Assembly (NCBI RefSeq): GCF_006345805.1
Contig: NC_042998.1
Coordinates: 104,904,001 to 104,968,000, forward strand
Direction of reading: 5' to 3'
DNA: 64,000 nt
Source of the DNA: Octopus sinensis
Lineage: Eukaryota
In this document: positions 27,980 to 39,949 of the stretch, one piece after another
Numbering within the stretch: position 1 is the stretch's first letter
Layout: each line of letters opens with the position of its first letter
Translations under genes and position numbers: made by a program
The notes under the pieces: generated by a model
What the model was told of the DNA's origin: nothing
What the model saw: the letters and a program-made list of their open reading frames with translations, nothing else
The model's database searches: none

Positions 27980-27988
<9 letters not shown>
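27077..27988 (+). mobile_element. RTE-type LINE 3' end, tandemly duplicated (27077-27514 and 27551-27988)
   Basis: DRILKDILYGEL...GRPFLRYKDVCKRD...C-x2-C...H-x3-C zinc-finger-like tail and (CAA)n end; period 474 bp. Confidence 0.88.
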
Positions 27989-28034
<46 letters not shown>

Positions 28035-29535
28035 CATAGTATGTATGTATGTATGTATGTATGTATGTATTATACGACGGGCTTCTTTCAGTTACCGTTT
28101 ACCAAATCCATTCACAAAGCTTTGGTCTGTAATCACAACGTTCGAAATAATGCTTTGATCTAAAATAGCAAATTCTACAGAGAATTGGCTTTTGATTAAT
28201 TATTTGTGTAGTTCATTCTGTCCATATTGACAGCCTCTTCTCTTTTTTTATCTTGGCTGGCCCTTGACACCGAGAAAGACGATTCCGCAGTTTCTTACTG
28301 AACGATCTGCACAGATGATCTGCTGTTTATAGTGATGAGGTGTTTGTATTGCACATAAGCTCGCTCTTCCATCAAATCTACTTTGCCTGTTCAGGCACAC
28401 TGCATGCTACATGTTAGATGTAAAAGTGATTACAGAACAACTTGTAAGGATGTGTTTTGCTCGAGCACACAATGCGCTGCCCGGCATAGGAATCGAAACC
28501 ACAATCTCGCGATCGTGAGTGCAACACTCTAGCCACTAGGTTACACGCCTCTATTCAACAACAAATACACAACTTGAACCAAGAAATTAACTCTGTCTAA
28601 ATAGTAAAAAATAGCAAAATCAGAAGAAACAAGTGATTGTCTTTGTCGACTTATAGTAATGTAAATAGTCGAAACAGTGGAAGAATGAGGAAGAAGAAAA
28701 TGATAACGTTTCCGGCAGAAGAATTAGTAATCTGACCCAAAAATGGTTTTATATGAAATGTTGGTCTTCCCTTTTTGCTCGCGGTATACCACGTATCCCA
28801 CTGTTTGAACTATTGTTACTCCAATTAACTAATGAGGGAACCTCCACGTAATCACTTGCCTGCAAGAAATAGCTGTCAAATTTCCTTCAAATCATGCATT
28901 ATTACTATCATAAAAGAAGGATACGATGGATATTGTAGTCCTACAAAAATATTCTGACGGGATGGCAGAGTTGGAATGATTTTTAGCAAGGGTTTATTTT
29001 TTTCCATATCAGGTTTAACACTGTGGTAACAACAACAATAATTGGAGAGCTCCCACGCAGTTACTCTGCCTTATATAATTAGCCACCAAACTAATCCCTC
29101 TACTTAGTAAAATCTACTATCTTAAAACAGAAGAGAAACGCTAAAACTGTGTTTCTCACAGAAGGTAGCCCTACAAAGATTAAAAACAGGACTGACAAAT
29201 TGACCAGGCAGTTCAGCCAGTATTATTTTATATTATTTTATATTATTTTATATTTTACCACGCCGGACAAATTGTCAAACGGCATTTCGTCTACCTTTTC
29301 ATTCTGAGCTCAAAAGCCGCCAAGGTCGACTTAACTTTTCTTCTCCTTTAGTGGGATCGATGAAATAAGTAATAGCTGAACATTGTAATCGACTTACATC
29401 CATCCCTAAAATTACAGGTCTTGTACGAAAATTTGAAATCATTATGTTATATTGTATTATATTGTATTATATTGAATTGTATAGTATTGTATAATGTATA
29501 TCATCGTTTATAATTATCTGCTATCTATTCACCAG

Positions 29536-29810
29536 GTTGGATGTCTGGGCCCGTTTTCTTTGGACTGATTATCGATACTACATGTTTGATGTGGTCGTCT
29601 TCTGATGGAGGCAGCAGAGGATCATGTGTTCTGTATGACACCGACAAAATGAGGACTGCAATATTTCTAACCGAAGGTGGACTTACGTGCCTGGCTTCAT
29701 TTTTTTGTATGCTAGCTTTAATTTGTCATATAAGATCGCAAAAGCAGACAAAGAAAGAAGAAATAGCAAATGAAAAGTTAGAAGTAGAAAATGAAGCACC
29801 TCAAATGTAA
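29536..29810 (+). CDS. SLCO: OATP/SLCO terminal coding exon: (G)WMSGPVFFGLIIDTTCLMWSSSDGGSRGSCVLYDTDKMR...EAPQM*
   Basis: TATTCACCAG acceptor; P-x-x-FG-x-x-ID-x-x-C-x-x-W and G-x-C-x-x-YD OATP motifs; TAA stop at 29808-29810. Confidence 0.95.
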
Positions 29811-30239
29811 TTCCTTTTGGATAATCCGTTCTAATATATCCTAATTCATAAAGCAACTATTATTATATCGATTATATGTGTGTGTTTATGTGTGTGTGTG
29901 TGTGTGAGTGCGTGCGTGCGTGCGTGCGTGTTTGTATGTATGTGTGCATGTACATTGATGACGTATATAAGAATATATACATTTTAAACAATGGAATATA
30001 TTTTATAATGTGAGGAAGAAGTCTGAAGTTTTGTGGCGAATTAATCATCAGAGAGAAAATACACTGATGAAGGATATTGTCTGAAACGTTGGACTTTTCT
30101 TCTTCGCCGTCGCATAACATTTATTCCATTCTTTTAAGTATTTGTATCTACTATTTGCTAAAGCAAACCCACACCAAAATCCACACTTTTTACCATTTTT
30201 CAGTGTTATATATTTCCCTCTATTTAACTCTTTCATATC

Positions 30240-30287
30240 GCCTCTGCTGAAGGGATATCTCTAATATCTCTGAAACAGCTGTAACAC
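30240..30287 (+). ncRNA. Hammerhead-like motif (CUGCUGA variant)
   Basis: GCCT-CTGCTGA-AGGGATAT(CTCTA)ATATCTCT-GAAAC-AGCT-GTA-ACAC; palindromic ACAGCUGU stem III; weak stem I. Confidence 0.4.
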
Positions 30288-30492
30288 TACCTTTCTCTAA
30301 CTCTACTTTTTCCCTCTATTTAACTCTCTTCGACAGAACTTTCCTTGGATAACAGAACTACAATTGCAACATCAAGCTTATATTTTAATTTTTATTCTCT
30401 TATTTCCCTTTATACTTCTTATATCTCTCCCTTTCCAAAATAACTTCTTATATTGAACTCTACTATTTCCTTCTATTTAACTCTTTCATATC

Positions 30493-30540
30493 GTCTCTGG
30501 TGAAGGGATATCCCACATATCCCTGAAGCAGCTGTAAGAC
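30493..30540 (+). ncRNA. Hammerhead-like motif (CUGGUGA / GAAGC variant)
   Basis: GTCT-CTGGTGA-AGGGATAT(CCCAC)ATATCCCT-GAAGC-AGCT-GTA-AGAC; perfect stems I and II, two core substitutions. Confidence 0.4.
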
Positions 30541-30627
30541 TACCTTTCTCTTTATAAATGTCCTAGAAATTTCACACTGCCTTGGCTTTGTTGTCTCATT
30601 TTATTTAACACACACACACACACACAT

Positions 30628-30730
<103 letters not shown>

Positions 30731-30802
30731 CTAAGGCATTGTGAGACGAATAACCTAGTAAAGAACTTGACTTTCTCACATTGGTAATGCCTTCCTTGCT
30801 TG

Positions 30803-31028
30803 TATGCGAGAGGGTGCTGAAAAGTTCCTCACTTTAAGAGTATCGCGAAAGGCCTTGGTTGGAGGCCCAACATTCCGAGTTCTTTTACAGGGCTTAGAAA
30901 AACTGAAGGACCGCTGCAATAACTGTGTGAATCTGAGAGGCGAATATGTTGAACAAAATCATAATTAACTGATCCTCCTGTATTATTTCTTTTACCTAAA
31001 ACCAGGAACTCTTCAGCACACCTTCGTA
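30803..31028. mobile_element. Non-autonomous mariner-derived MITE
   Basis: Imperfect TIRs TA..GAGAGGGTGCTGAAAAGTTCCT / AGGAACTCTTCAGCACACCTTCGTA; interior retains a transposase C-terminal remnant (GLEKLKDRCNNCVNLRGEYVEQ). Confidence 0.75.
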
Positions 31029-31178
31029 TTGCACACATGTAATCTTTTTTCACCCAAATAAAGTGCAATTCATATTCGAGGCTCCGATAAAAATTATGGG
31101 TATTATTGAGGCACTCAAGCTATGCAGGGCTTAAGGTGCATATCTTAAACAATCACCGCCACTTACACAACAGATTGG

Positions 31179-31553
31179 GGATCTTTTCCCTTTCAACGGC
31201 AGATCGAGAAATTAATTTTTTGTAACTAAACACTTTCATACTTCAGACGCTGGTAGAATGTGTCATATAAATCATCTTTTACTCTTAGTTTTGTTGAGAA
31301 AAGTTTATATTTTCAAAGCTATTTCGTGTTAAAGTTGTCGTATTTCGGTAATGTCAACCAATCAATGACGTGTATTGCAGCTGAATAAAATTACTGCTGT
31401 TGTTTGTCAACAACAACTTCCGGTGGTGTATATTTTGTTTGTCACTGTTATTTATGACATATTTCATTTCAGTTACGGCCGTATGAGTAAACGAGTGTAT
31501 CAAAAGCATGCTTAAATTAATTTCTCGATTTGCCGTTGAAAAGGAAATGATCC
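31179..31553. mobile_element. Unclassified MITE with about 40-bp TIRs
   Basis: GGATCTTTTCCCTTTCAACGGCAGATCGAGAAATTAATTT versus AAATTAATTTCTCGATTTGCCGTTGAAAAGGAAATGATCC. Confidence 0.75.
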
Positions 31554-32055
31554 GATATTGCTGTCGTATCATAGCCAATTAATTAATGGTGCCATGAAAT
31601 ATGTTTCTATATTGTGCAAGGCAAGATTCTCCGACAGTAGACTCACTTCACCCCTACTTACTGGTTTGTCTGACCGAGAAGGTGGTCCCCTTGCATTCCC
31701 TTTGGTATCGCTTGGTTTAATAAATTTATGTGATCACTATCTAAAGGAGAAACAGAAAAGAGAATGAGTTAATATTGACATACCGATGCAATACTAAATT
31801 CTCCCTTGAGAATATCAAACAAGATCCTTTCTGGTGTATGATAGTCGACAGCAATGCTTCGACGCACAATGTTATCGTATCACATTAAACCAGGTCAAAG
31901 GAAACCATGGGCACAAAAAATATAATTGCTGATTATTTCTTATAAATTAACATATGATCATATATACACACGGCAACAAAGACATACATGCACACACACA
32001 CATACACACACACACACATCTCTCCCCCCCTCTCTCTCTCTCTCTCTCTCTCCCT

Positions 32056-32088
<33 letters not shown>

Positions 32089-32429
32089 CGTAGGAGTGGC
32101 TGTGTGGTAAGTAGCTTGCTTACGAACCACATGGTTCCAGGTTCGGTCCCACGGCGTGGAACCTTGGGCAAGCGTCTTCTACTATAACTTCAGGCTGACC
32201 AAAGCCTTGTGAGCGGATTTGGTAGACAGAAACTGAAAGAAGCCCGTCGTATATATGTATATATATGTATATGTGTGTTTTTACTTATCACTGAAACCAC
32301 AGACCAGCTTTAAATCATGCTGATATGGTGAACACATAGAAATTAAGCAGTAGGTCTTAAAATGAACCACATTAAAAACAAAAAAACTATATGCGGTTGG
32401 AAGATGTAGCAAAAGACCGAATGGAGGTG

Positions 32430-32990
32430 GGAAACAATGAAAATCGAGGAGGTAAAAAAGTACGACTACTTGGGGCACACGGTGAATATGGATGCTGAAA
32501 TCTGAAAGCGAATAAGAGGAGGATGTAAAGCATTCAACTGAATAAAGGATGTACCTCGAGAAAAACTAGAAAATGCCATGCGTGCCAGACTTCTCAATAA
32601 CACCGTCCAACATGCGCTCTTATACGCAGGTGAGACGTGGGTTACTACGAAGTGAATAGAATATCGATTGAATACGACGCAAAAGGCCATGGAAAGATCC
32701 ATAACGGAAATATCAATAAGAGAGCACAGTCGAAATAAGATAATTCGAGAACAGAGCGGATTGAACAATGTGATAACGGAGAACGGAAGATACAAGTTCA
32801 GCTGGGCCGGACAAAGCGCAGGGGTGACAGACAACAGATGGACCCAAGTAGCTATAGAGAGATATCCAAAAGATCGAAAAAATGCCTCTTGGAAGGCGTC
32901 CATGACGATGGGAAGACGATTTAGTCAAGCAATTTGCATCAAGATGGAGAAGAATGGTACAAGACAGAATTGGAAGTGCTTTGGTCGATA
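32430..32990 (+). mobile_element. Older RTE-clade LINE RT C-terminal fragment (second subfamily)
   Basis: LYAGETW...RLNTTQKAMERSI...KFSWAGQ...DNRWT...RWEDDL with stops and frameshifts. Confidence 0.8.
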
Positions 32991-33150
32991 CTGAGATATA
33001 TATATATATATATATTATAAAGGAAATTGTTTTATACAGTGCTCAGGTGCACTGTATACATTTATACATGTATATATTTATATTTCCATGTATGCATCTA
33101 AGACATTGTATCACGGTGGTGAGAGTGACACATGCACACACACACACATA

Positions 33151-33215
<65 letters not shown>

Positions 33216-33945
33216 AACATTCGACAGAGTAACAGTCATGTATACAACTTGAACATACACACATATCAGTACATAAACATGCGTTCATGTGTACACATAT
33301 ACACACACACAGACACGTGTACACACTTACACACCTAAATACTCACATACATACATAAGTACACACACACATACATACATACATACATACATTCATACAT
33401 ACATACATACATACATACATACATACATACATACATACATACATACATACGCATGTGCACATGTGCATACACACATACTTACATGCACACATACATACAT
33501 ACGTACATACATATCATGAACTAACTGTTACTTTCTCAGATGTCGCTCGGAATTTCGTCAGTGAACAGGTCGTGGTCTCAAAGCGACGAAAATATTTTGG
33601 CAAATTAAATTTAAATGTTCGAGTGAATCTAATGGTTTTTGTGTATTTTTAAACAGCTTATAAAACACCTTCCACGCTGTAGTTGTTTATATTAATATAA
33701 TCAAAGGGAAATAATTTCGTTAATACGTCATATATTATCTCCCTTACACGAAGCAAACGGCAAATAAAAAGTGATACACGACATCGGTCAAAATAAATTA
33801 TTTCGGAATTATTTTTTTAATTTTGAAAATATTTCACGGCTGTTGCTTTCTCTCAAGCATTTCGTAAGTGTTATTAAGGGACCATATTGTCGAGAAAAAA
33901 AAAAAGGAAGCACAGACATTTCTCTCGACTTTCCTACTGACACGT

Positions 33946-34106
33946 AGGCGTAGGAGTGGCTGTGTGGTAAGTAGCTTGTTTACCAACCACATGGTTCCGG
34001 GTTCAGTCCCACTGCGTGGCACCTTGGGCAAGTGTCTTCTACTATAGCATCGGGCCGACCAAAGCCTTGTGAGTGGATTTGGTAGACGGAAACTGAAAGT
34101 ATCCCG

Positions 34107-34154
<48 letters not shown>

Positions 34155-34377
34155 ATATGTTTGTGTGTCTTTGTTTGTCCCCCCCCCCACCAACATCGCT
34201 TGACAACCGATGTTGGTGTGTTTACGTCACCGTAACTTAGCGGTTCGGCAAAAGAGACCGATAGAATAAGTACTAGGCTTACAAAGAATAAGTCCTGGGG
34301 TCGATTTGCTCGACTAAAGGTGGTGCTCCAGCATGGCCACAGTCAAATGACTGAAACAAGTAAAAGAGTAAAAGAGG
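33946..34377 (+). mobile_element. tRNA-derived SINE, family B, near full length with internal (TA)/(TG) microsatellite
   Basis: A-box-like GTGGCTGTGTGGTAAG, B-box-like GGGTTCAGTCCC, CCTTGGGCAAGTGTCTTC body; further copies at 10350-10700 (-), 17840-18000 (-), 32086-32255 (+), 57380-57520 (-). Confidence 0.8.
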
Positions 34378-34398
34378 GAGAGTACACTTCATCTAGTA

Positions 34399-34959
34399 CA
34401 GGGGTTCTCAACCAACCATTTTTTTACGTAAGGACCACGTTGAATCTTATTTTACTTGGGTTGACCCTCATCGCCATTCCATGTTTAAATATTATTAAAT
34501 ATTATTAAGAATTGTATAAAAATTGTTTAAATATTTTGTATATATATTTTTTTATTGAACACAGAGGGCTAAACATAGAGGGGGAAACAAGGACAGACAA
34601 AGAGATTAAGTCGATTACATCGACTCCAGTACGTAACTGGTACTTAGTTAATCGCCACCGAAAGGATGAAAGGCAAAGTCGACCGCGACGGAATTTGAAC
34701 TCAGAACGTAACGGCAGCCGAAATCCCACTACGCATTTCGCCCAACGTGCTAACGATTGTGCCAGCTCACCACCCTAAATATTTTGTATCGTGTGGATGT
34801 ATAACCAATTTATTACATTTTACTGGTCTGAAGCATAGTTTTTTCATGGTCCCTGAAAAATAACCATAGACTCTCAATTTATTATATTGCATCCATGGAG
34901 CCCCGCCCATCCACCCGCTCCCACAAAAATCTTATATGGATCCCAGGTGAGAACTCCTG
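34399..34959. mobile_element. hAT-type MITE with a nested SINE (about 34530-34775)
   Basis: TIRs CAGGGGTTCTCAACC / GGTGAGAACTCCTG; perfect 8-bp TSD ATCTAGTA at 34391-34398 and 34960-34967. Confidence 0.85.
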
Positions 34960-36013
34960 ATCTAGTAGAACCTCAAAAGATGACAGACTCAGGGAGAGAG
35001 GATGGACCCAGCACTTCTTTGTTCTTTATTTAATGATCCCTGGAAGAATGAAATTCAGTGATGAAATTCGGGAGAAAGTAAAGAACCAGAACCAGAACAA
35101 ATAAAGTAATGTATTTTGTCCACCTCTATATCCATTCTACCAAATCCACTGCCATTCTAACTTGGTAAAATAGAAGAATTTTGATACTAAATATTATGCT
35201 GTTCTTTACTTTATACTTAAGGGAGATACATTTCTTTTCTTTTTCTTTTTTTACTTTTTTTTCTTTTTTTACTTTTTTTTACTTGTTTCGATCATTAGAC
35301 TGTGGCCATGCTGGGGCATCGCCTTCAGGAATTTTAGTCGAATGAATCGACCCAGTATATATTTTTTTAAAGCCTGGTACTTATTTTATCGGTCTCTTTG
35401 ACCGAATTGCTGAGTTAGAGGGACATAGCTAGCTTTCATACAAAAAGGTCTAATGCTCTTAGCTAAGACTTTTTGGTGGGGCAACCAGATCGTGCTGTCT
35501 CAAGGGTAACTGCCCCAAACAGTAAGGACTTCTGGTATACTTGACTGAGGAAAGAAGGCCACGAATGAGCCGTCTTTTCTTTGTCTGTCCTTTTAATTGT
35601 TGTTTCTCCTGTCCGCCTATCTGTCCGAATGTTTTATTGCCTTCTTTTGCGTTTTTGCTCCATTTTATACATACATATATATATGTATATATATGTATAT
35701 ATAATGTATATATATATATATATATATATGGAAGCACTCCGTCGGTTACGACGATGAGGGTTCCGGTTGATCCGAATCAACGGAACAGCCTGCTCGTGAA
35801 ATTAACGTGTAAGTGGCTGAGCACTCCACAGACACGTGCACCCTTAACGTAGTTCTCGGGGATATTCAGCGTGACACAGAGAGTGACAAGGCCGGCCCCT
35901 TGAAATACGACCGCGAGTCCGCTGCCCTAACCACTGGGCCATTGCGCCTCCATATATATATATATAATATATATATATAATATATATAATTGTATTATAT
36001 ATGTTATATATTG

Positions 36014-36103
<90 letters not shown>

Positions 36104-36189
36104 TCTACCATATATACAATATAATCATATATATATATATATATATATAATATTATATATATATAATATATCTAGATATATATATTATA

Positions 36190-36231
<42 letters not shown>

Positions 36232-36318
36232 TATACATTATATATATATAATCAATTTAAAAACACACAGAGAAAAAAAAAACGTTTGGACGTGGCACTC
36301 AGAAGGAAAAGAGTAGAA

Positions 36319-36353
36319 GTTTTACGTTTCGAGCATACCTCTTCATCGGAAAC
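36319..36353 (-). ncRNA. Minimal hammerhead-like motif (CCGAUGA variant) in a PLE-type end
   Basis: Reverse complement: GTTT-CCGATGA-A-GAG(GTATG)CTC-GAAAC-GTA-AAAC. Confidence 0.45.
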
Positions 36354-36421
36354 AGGAAGAAACAGGAAAGTCCAAGACGAAGGAGGAAAAGAATCGATCG
36401 ACAACAACCACATGCGTTTAC

Positions 36422-36509
<88 letters not shown>

Positions 36510-36847
36510 CGTGTGTATATATGTATGTATGTATGCATGTATGTATGTATGTATGTATGTATGTATGTATGTATGTATGTATGTATGTATGTATAAATTA
36601 TATCTGTATCCTTGTGTCTGTGTTTGTCCCACACCATTGCTTGGCGACCGATGTTGGTGTGTTTTCGTTCCAGTAACTTATTGAGTCGACAAAAAGGACC
36701 GATAGAGTAAGTACCACACTTTTAAAACCATAAGTACTGGGGTCGATTCATTCGACTAAATTTTTTGACTAAATTCAAGGAGGTGCTCCAGTATCGCCAT
36801 AGTCTCGCAGTCTGGTGGCTGAAGCAAGTAGAAAGTTTATATATATC

Positions 36848-36894
<47 letters not shown>

Positions 36895-37334
36895 CGTGTG
36901 TGTGTGTGTGCGTGCGTGCACATTAAATTGGGTGGGGGCAAAGAAGAAATGTTAACATCTAGAATCTCGCGTTTATTTTTTTTTTTCCTTTATCTATTTT
37001 CCTGATGTCACAAACTTGAAGCATTCTTCGAGGAAAACTTGAAGGTAAATAATAACAATTATTACCAGTTGTACTTTTAAGAATAATCTCGGGTACCTTA
37101 GTTCCACATAGTCCATCTTTGCATTTAATTTTGACTACTTAGTAACATTTGGCATCCTTGAAAATCCTCGACAGTTTCCTCAAATAATTCAAGCAACCAC
37201 TTAAAAACCACTGAAAAATCTCGTTTCCCTTTTTATGCTTTGAACCTCAATTTTCCCTCTCGTTAAAGGTTGGAGGTCACAACCTTTCATTCCTTACATT
37301 TAGGAAGGTATAACAATTTTATTTGTAACGTATA

Positions 37335-37731
37335 TCTTTATATATAAAAGTGAGGTTGTGTGCTGTCTGTCTCCTACGATTTAGATTCCTAACTACTCCC
37401 ATATTTTGCGGTGCAGGTTAACCAAAACCGGGTATCTTATAGTCGTGATTCATATCGAGCCCTTCTGGGTATTAGCGCGCGTCTACGATGAGTCTACGAT
37501 TTAAAAAAAAAATTATCATCAATTTTTCCAATTTTTAATGCATTTTTGGCATATATAAGGGAAGTAACTCTCTAAAAATTTATTATTAAATCTCAGAACG
37601 TAAAAAGCTACAGTAACACCCACCTCTTTGTGGTTAGCCATATTGAGATGGCTATTATACGTTACATCTCTAAAAATGCTTATATTGTTATTTTCCTTAC
37701 AAACCCGACAAAAGCCGGGCGATACTGCTAG
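37335..37731 (+). mobile_element. Non-autonomous Helitron (397 bp)
   Basis: Inserted between A (37334) and T (37732); 5' TC, 3' CTAG; subterminal hairpin CCCGAC-AAAA-GCCGGG 8 nt before CTAG; no TSD. Confidence 0.8.
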
Positions 37732-37963
37732 TAATCTTATAAATTTCAATTAAAATAATTTAATAAATGTTCGCATGCCTACCGTATTTATCTCCGTTAC
37801 CTTCTTATTGTCTCCCTTGACTTATTATTCCCCTTACATTGAAAGGTTCCTTAAATTATCTCCCTTCTATTCTTCGTCTTTTTATTAACGTTAAATTTAT
37901 TATATTTCATAAAAATATGCAAAACTATTGGAAAGAAAAGCAGTAACTCAGGAATATTTTCGA

Positions 37964-38326
37964 GAAAACACATATATAGTTTATTGTGTCTGAGGAGAGT
38001 CATTCTGTTTTAATATCTTATTAATTAACACACACTCACCGGTTCGATTGCCACTCATTTACTTTTTTTTTCTAAAATTTTCGTTGCTTCTTGTAACCTC
38101 TTCAATAGTCGTTGACTCTGTCGTTATCGGAGCTACTCCGATAACGGACAGAGTCAACGTTGCTCCGATATTGGACAGAGTCAACCACTATTGAAAAAGT
38201 TGCGAGAAACAACGAAAATGTTAGCAAAAAATATATAAGTAAATGAGTGGAAATTGAACGGGAGTGTGGTGATTGATAAGGCATTAAAACAGAATGACTC
38301 TCCCAAGATACAATAAAATATGTTTC
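37964..38326. mobile_element. Fold-back (whole-length palindromic) MITE
   Basis: The left half is an imperfect reverse complement of the right half out to both ends; apex GTTATCGGAG-CTA-CTCCGATAAC at 38123-38145. Confidence 0.75.
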
Positions 38327-39342
38327 AACACACGAATTCACATTAAGAATCTTGCAAATAAAATACGTAAACGAAACATATATAGTTTATATTTTGAAGC
38401 TATTACAGACTAGTTCACGGAATGCGATAAGAGTGTGTGCTGTGAGAAGAGGCAAGTTCTGCAATTTCAAGTCAGGACATTTCTTTCTCAAAACAGAAAT
38501 TACGACCTCAAAACGTTTCTAATACTATAATCCATCTCGAGTATTCCAAAATCTTTGTCTTTTTTTTTTCTTTGTATGTAATCCAGTGCTACTAATATCA
38601 TAATTACACATCAATTCCCCATATTTTTCTGCTGAGTTTCAGATACAACAGATAGCAATTAGTTTCTCAATATAAACATATATCATTTTAACAGTTCTAA
38701 ATAATTTCTTGATATTCTAAAATAAGCAGCCAGATTTTTCTCAAATCACATCTTAATGTCTTTAAAAAACAACGAAGGTTACTGGATAATGTAATAGTAC
38801 ATGTACAAAAACACAATGCTCATAACTGAGACACGTTTTCTCTTAGGCTTGCTGGACCAGGCCAGGTTTGTCATGGGGGTTAAGCAAAGACAGCAGCAAC
38901 AATCACTACTTTTGTAAACAATAGTTGTTTCTCTTTATCAGTAATGACAGATTTTGTCTTAGCATACAGTCGTCAGTAAATACTTGCTACTAACAAAGCA
39001 CAGAGGCAGAAATGCACATCTAGCAACACCACAACGAAGGCTAGCCGGTTTCCTCCTGCGCTTGATATATTTTGATGTTTTTTAACCCTGTATGTCTATA
39101 AGATATACTATCTCAGGACAAGTTCCACAATTTATAAGTCATTCAAAGATGTATCTGCTTGAAGTACGATACACAGATTACTATACTGAGCTAATAGTAC
39201 ATGAGCTGCACACAACACATAGTTGCACATAACATACATACATACATACATACATACATACATACATACATACATGCATACATACATACACACATACATA
39301 CATACACACACACATATACGGTGTGTGTGCGTGTGTGAATGA

Positions 39343-39377
<35 letters not shown>

Positions 39378-39379
<2 letters not shown>

Positions 39380-39905
39380 GCTTGAAAGAAATGAAGCTAG
39401 TATGAATCGTTTGATGTACAATGTACGACAAAGTGTAAGCATCTTGAGAGAAAAAGTAGGCATAAGCGACATCAGATGCAGTGTGCATGAGAGATGACTG
39501 TGCTGATGTGGCCATGTGATGTGTATGGGCGAGGACAGCTGTGTAAAGAAGTGCTGCACTCTAACGGTGGAGGGAACCTGTGGAAGATATAGGATGAGGT
39601 GAAGCATGATCTTTGAATATTGCGCCTCACAGAGGCGATGACAAGTGACTGAAGCCTTTGAGATATGCTGTGCTTGAGAAGACTTGTCAAGCCAATTGAA
39701 ATCGTAAGCGTGGCCAATGCCAGTGTCACGTAACTGGTACCCATGCCGGTGGCACGTAAAAGGCACTCATTACACTCTTGGAGTTTTTGGTATAAGGAAG
39801 GGCATCCAGCTATAGAAACCATGCCAAATCAGACTGGAGTCTGGTGCAGCTCTCCAGTTTACCAGTTCCAGCATGGAAAGCAGAAGCTAACTGATGATGA
39901 TGATA
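39378..39905 (+). mobile_element. RTE LINE 3' fragment with (GAT)n tail
   Basis: ERNEASMNR...LREKVGISDIRCSVHER...DSCVKKC; same family as 23078-24578. Confidence 0.8.
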
Positions 39906-39949
39906 GCGATAAAATAAAAAGAATTAAGATCCCTTCGCTCGATCAAATT

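Larger units (their letters stand above)
30020..30560 (+). mobile_element. PLE-type terminal repeats in tandem (period about 253 bp) carrying hammerhead-like motifs
   Basis: TATTTCC(C/T)TCTATTTAACTCTTTCATATCG...CTGTAA(C/G)ACTACCTTTCTCT repeated at 30211-30298 and 30464-30551. Confidence 0.55.

Noticed and set aside
33946-34020. tRNA-gene-like sequences (also near 3765, 9868, 32086, 61060-61130)
   Set aside because: A/B boxes continue directly into shared SINE bodies; no complete cloverleaf with acceptor stem and terminator was seen
38400-39130. Possible promoter or first exon of a neighbouring gene at the CpG-decay boundary
   Set aside because: Only a few CpGs and no identifiable core-promoter or splice evidence; cannot be supported from sequence alone
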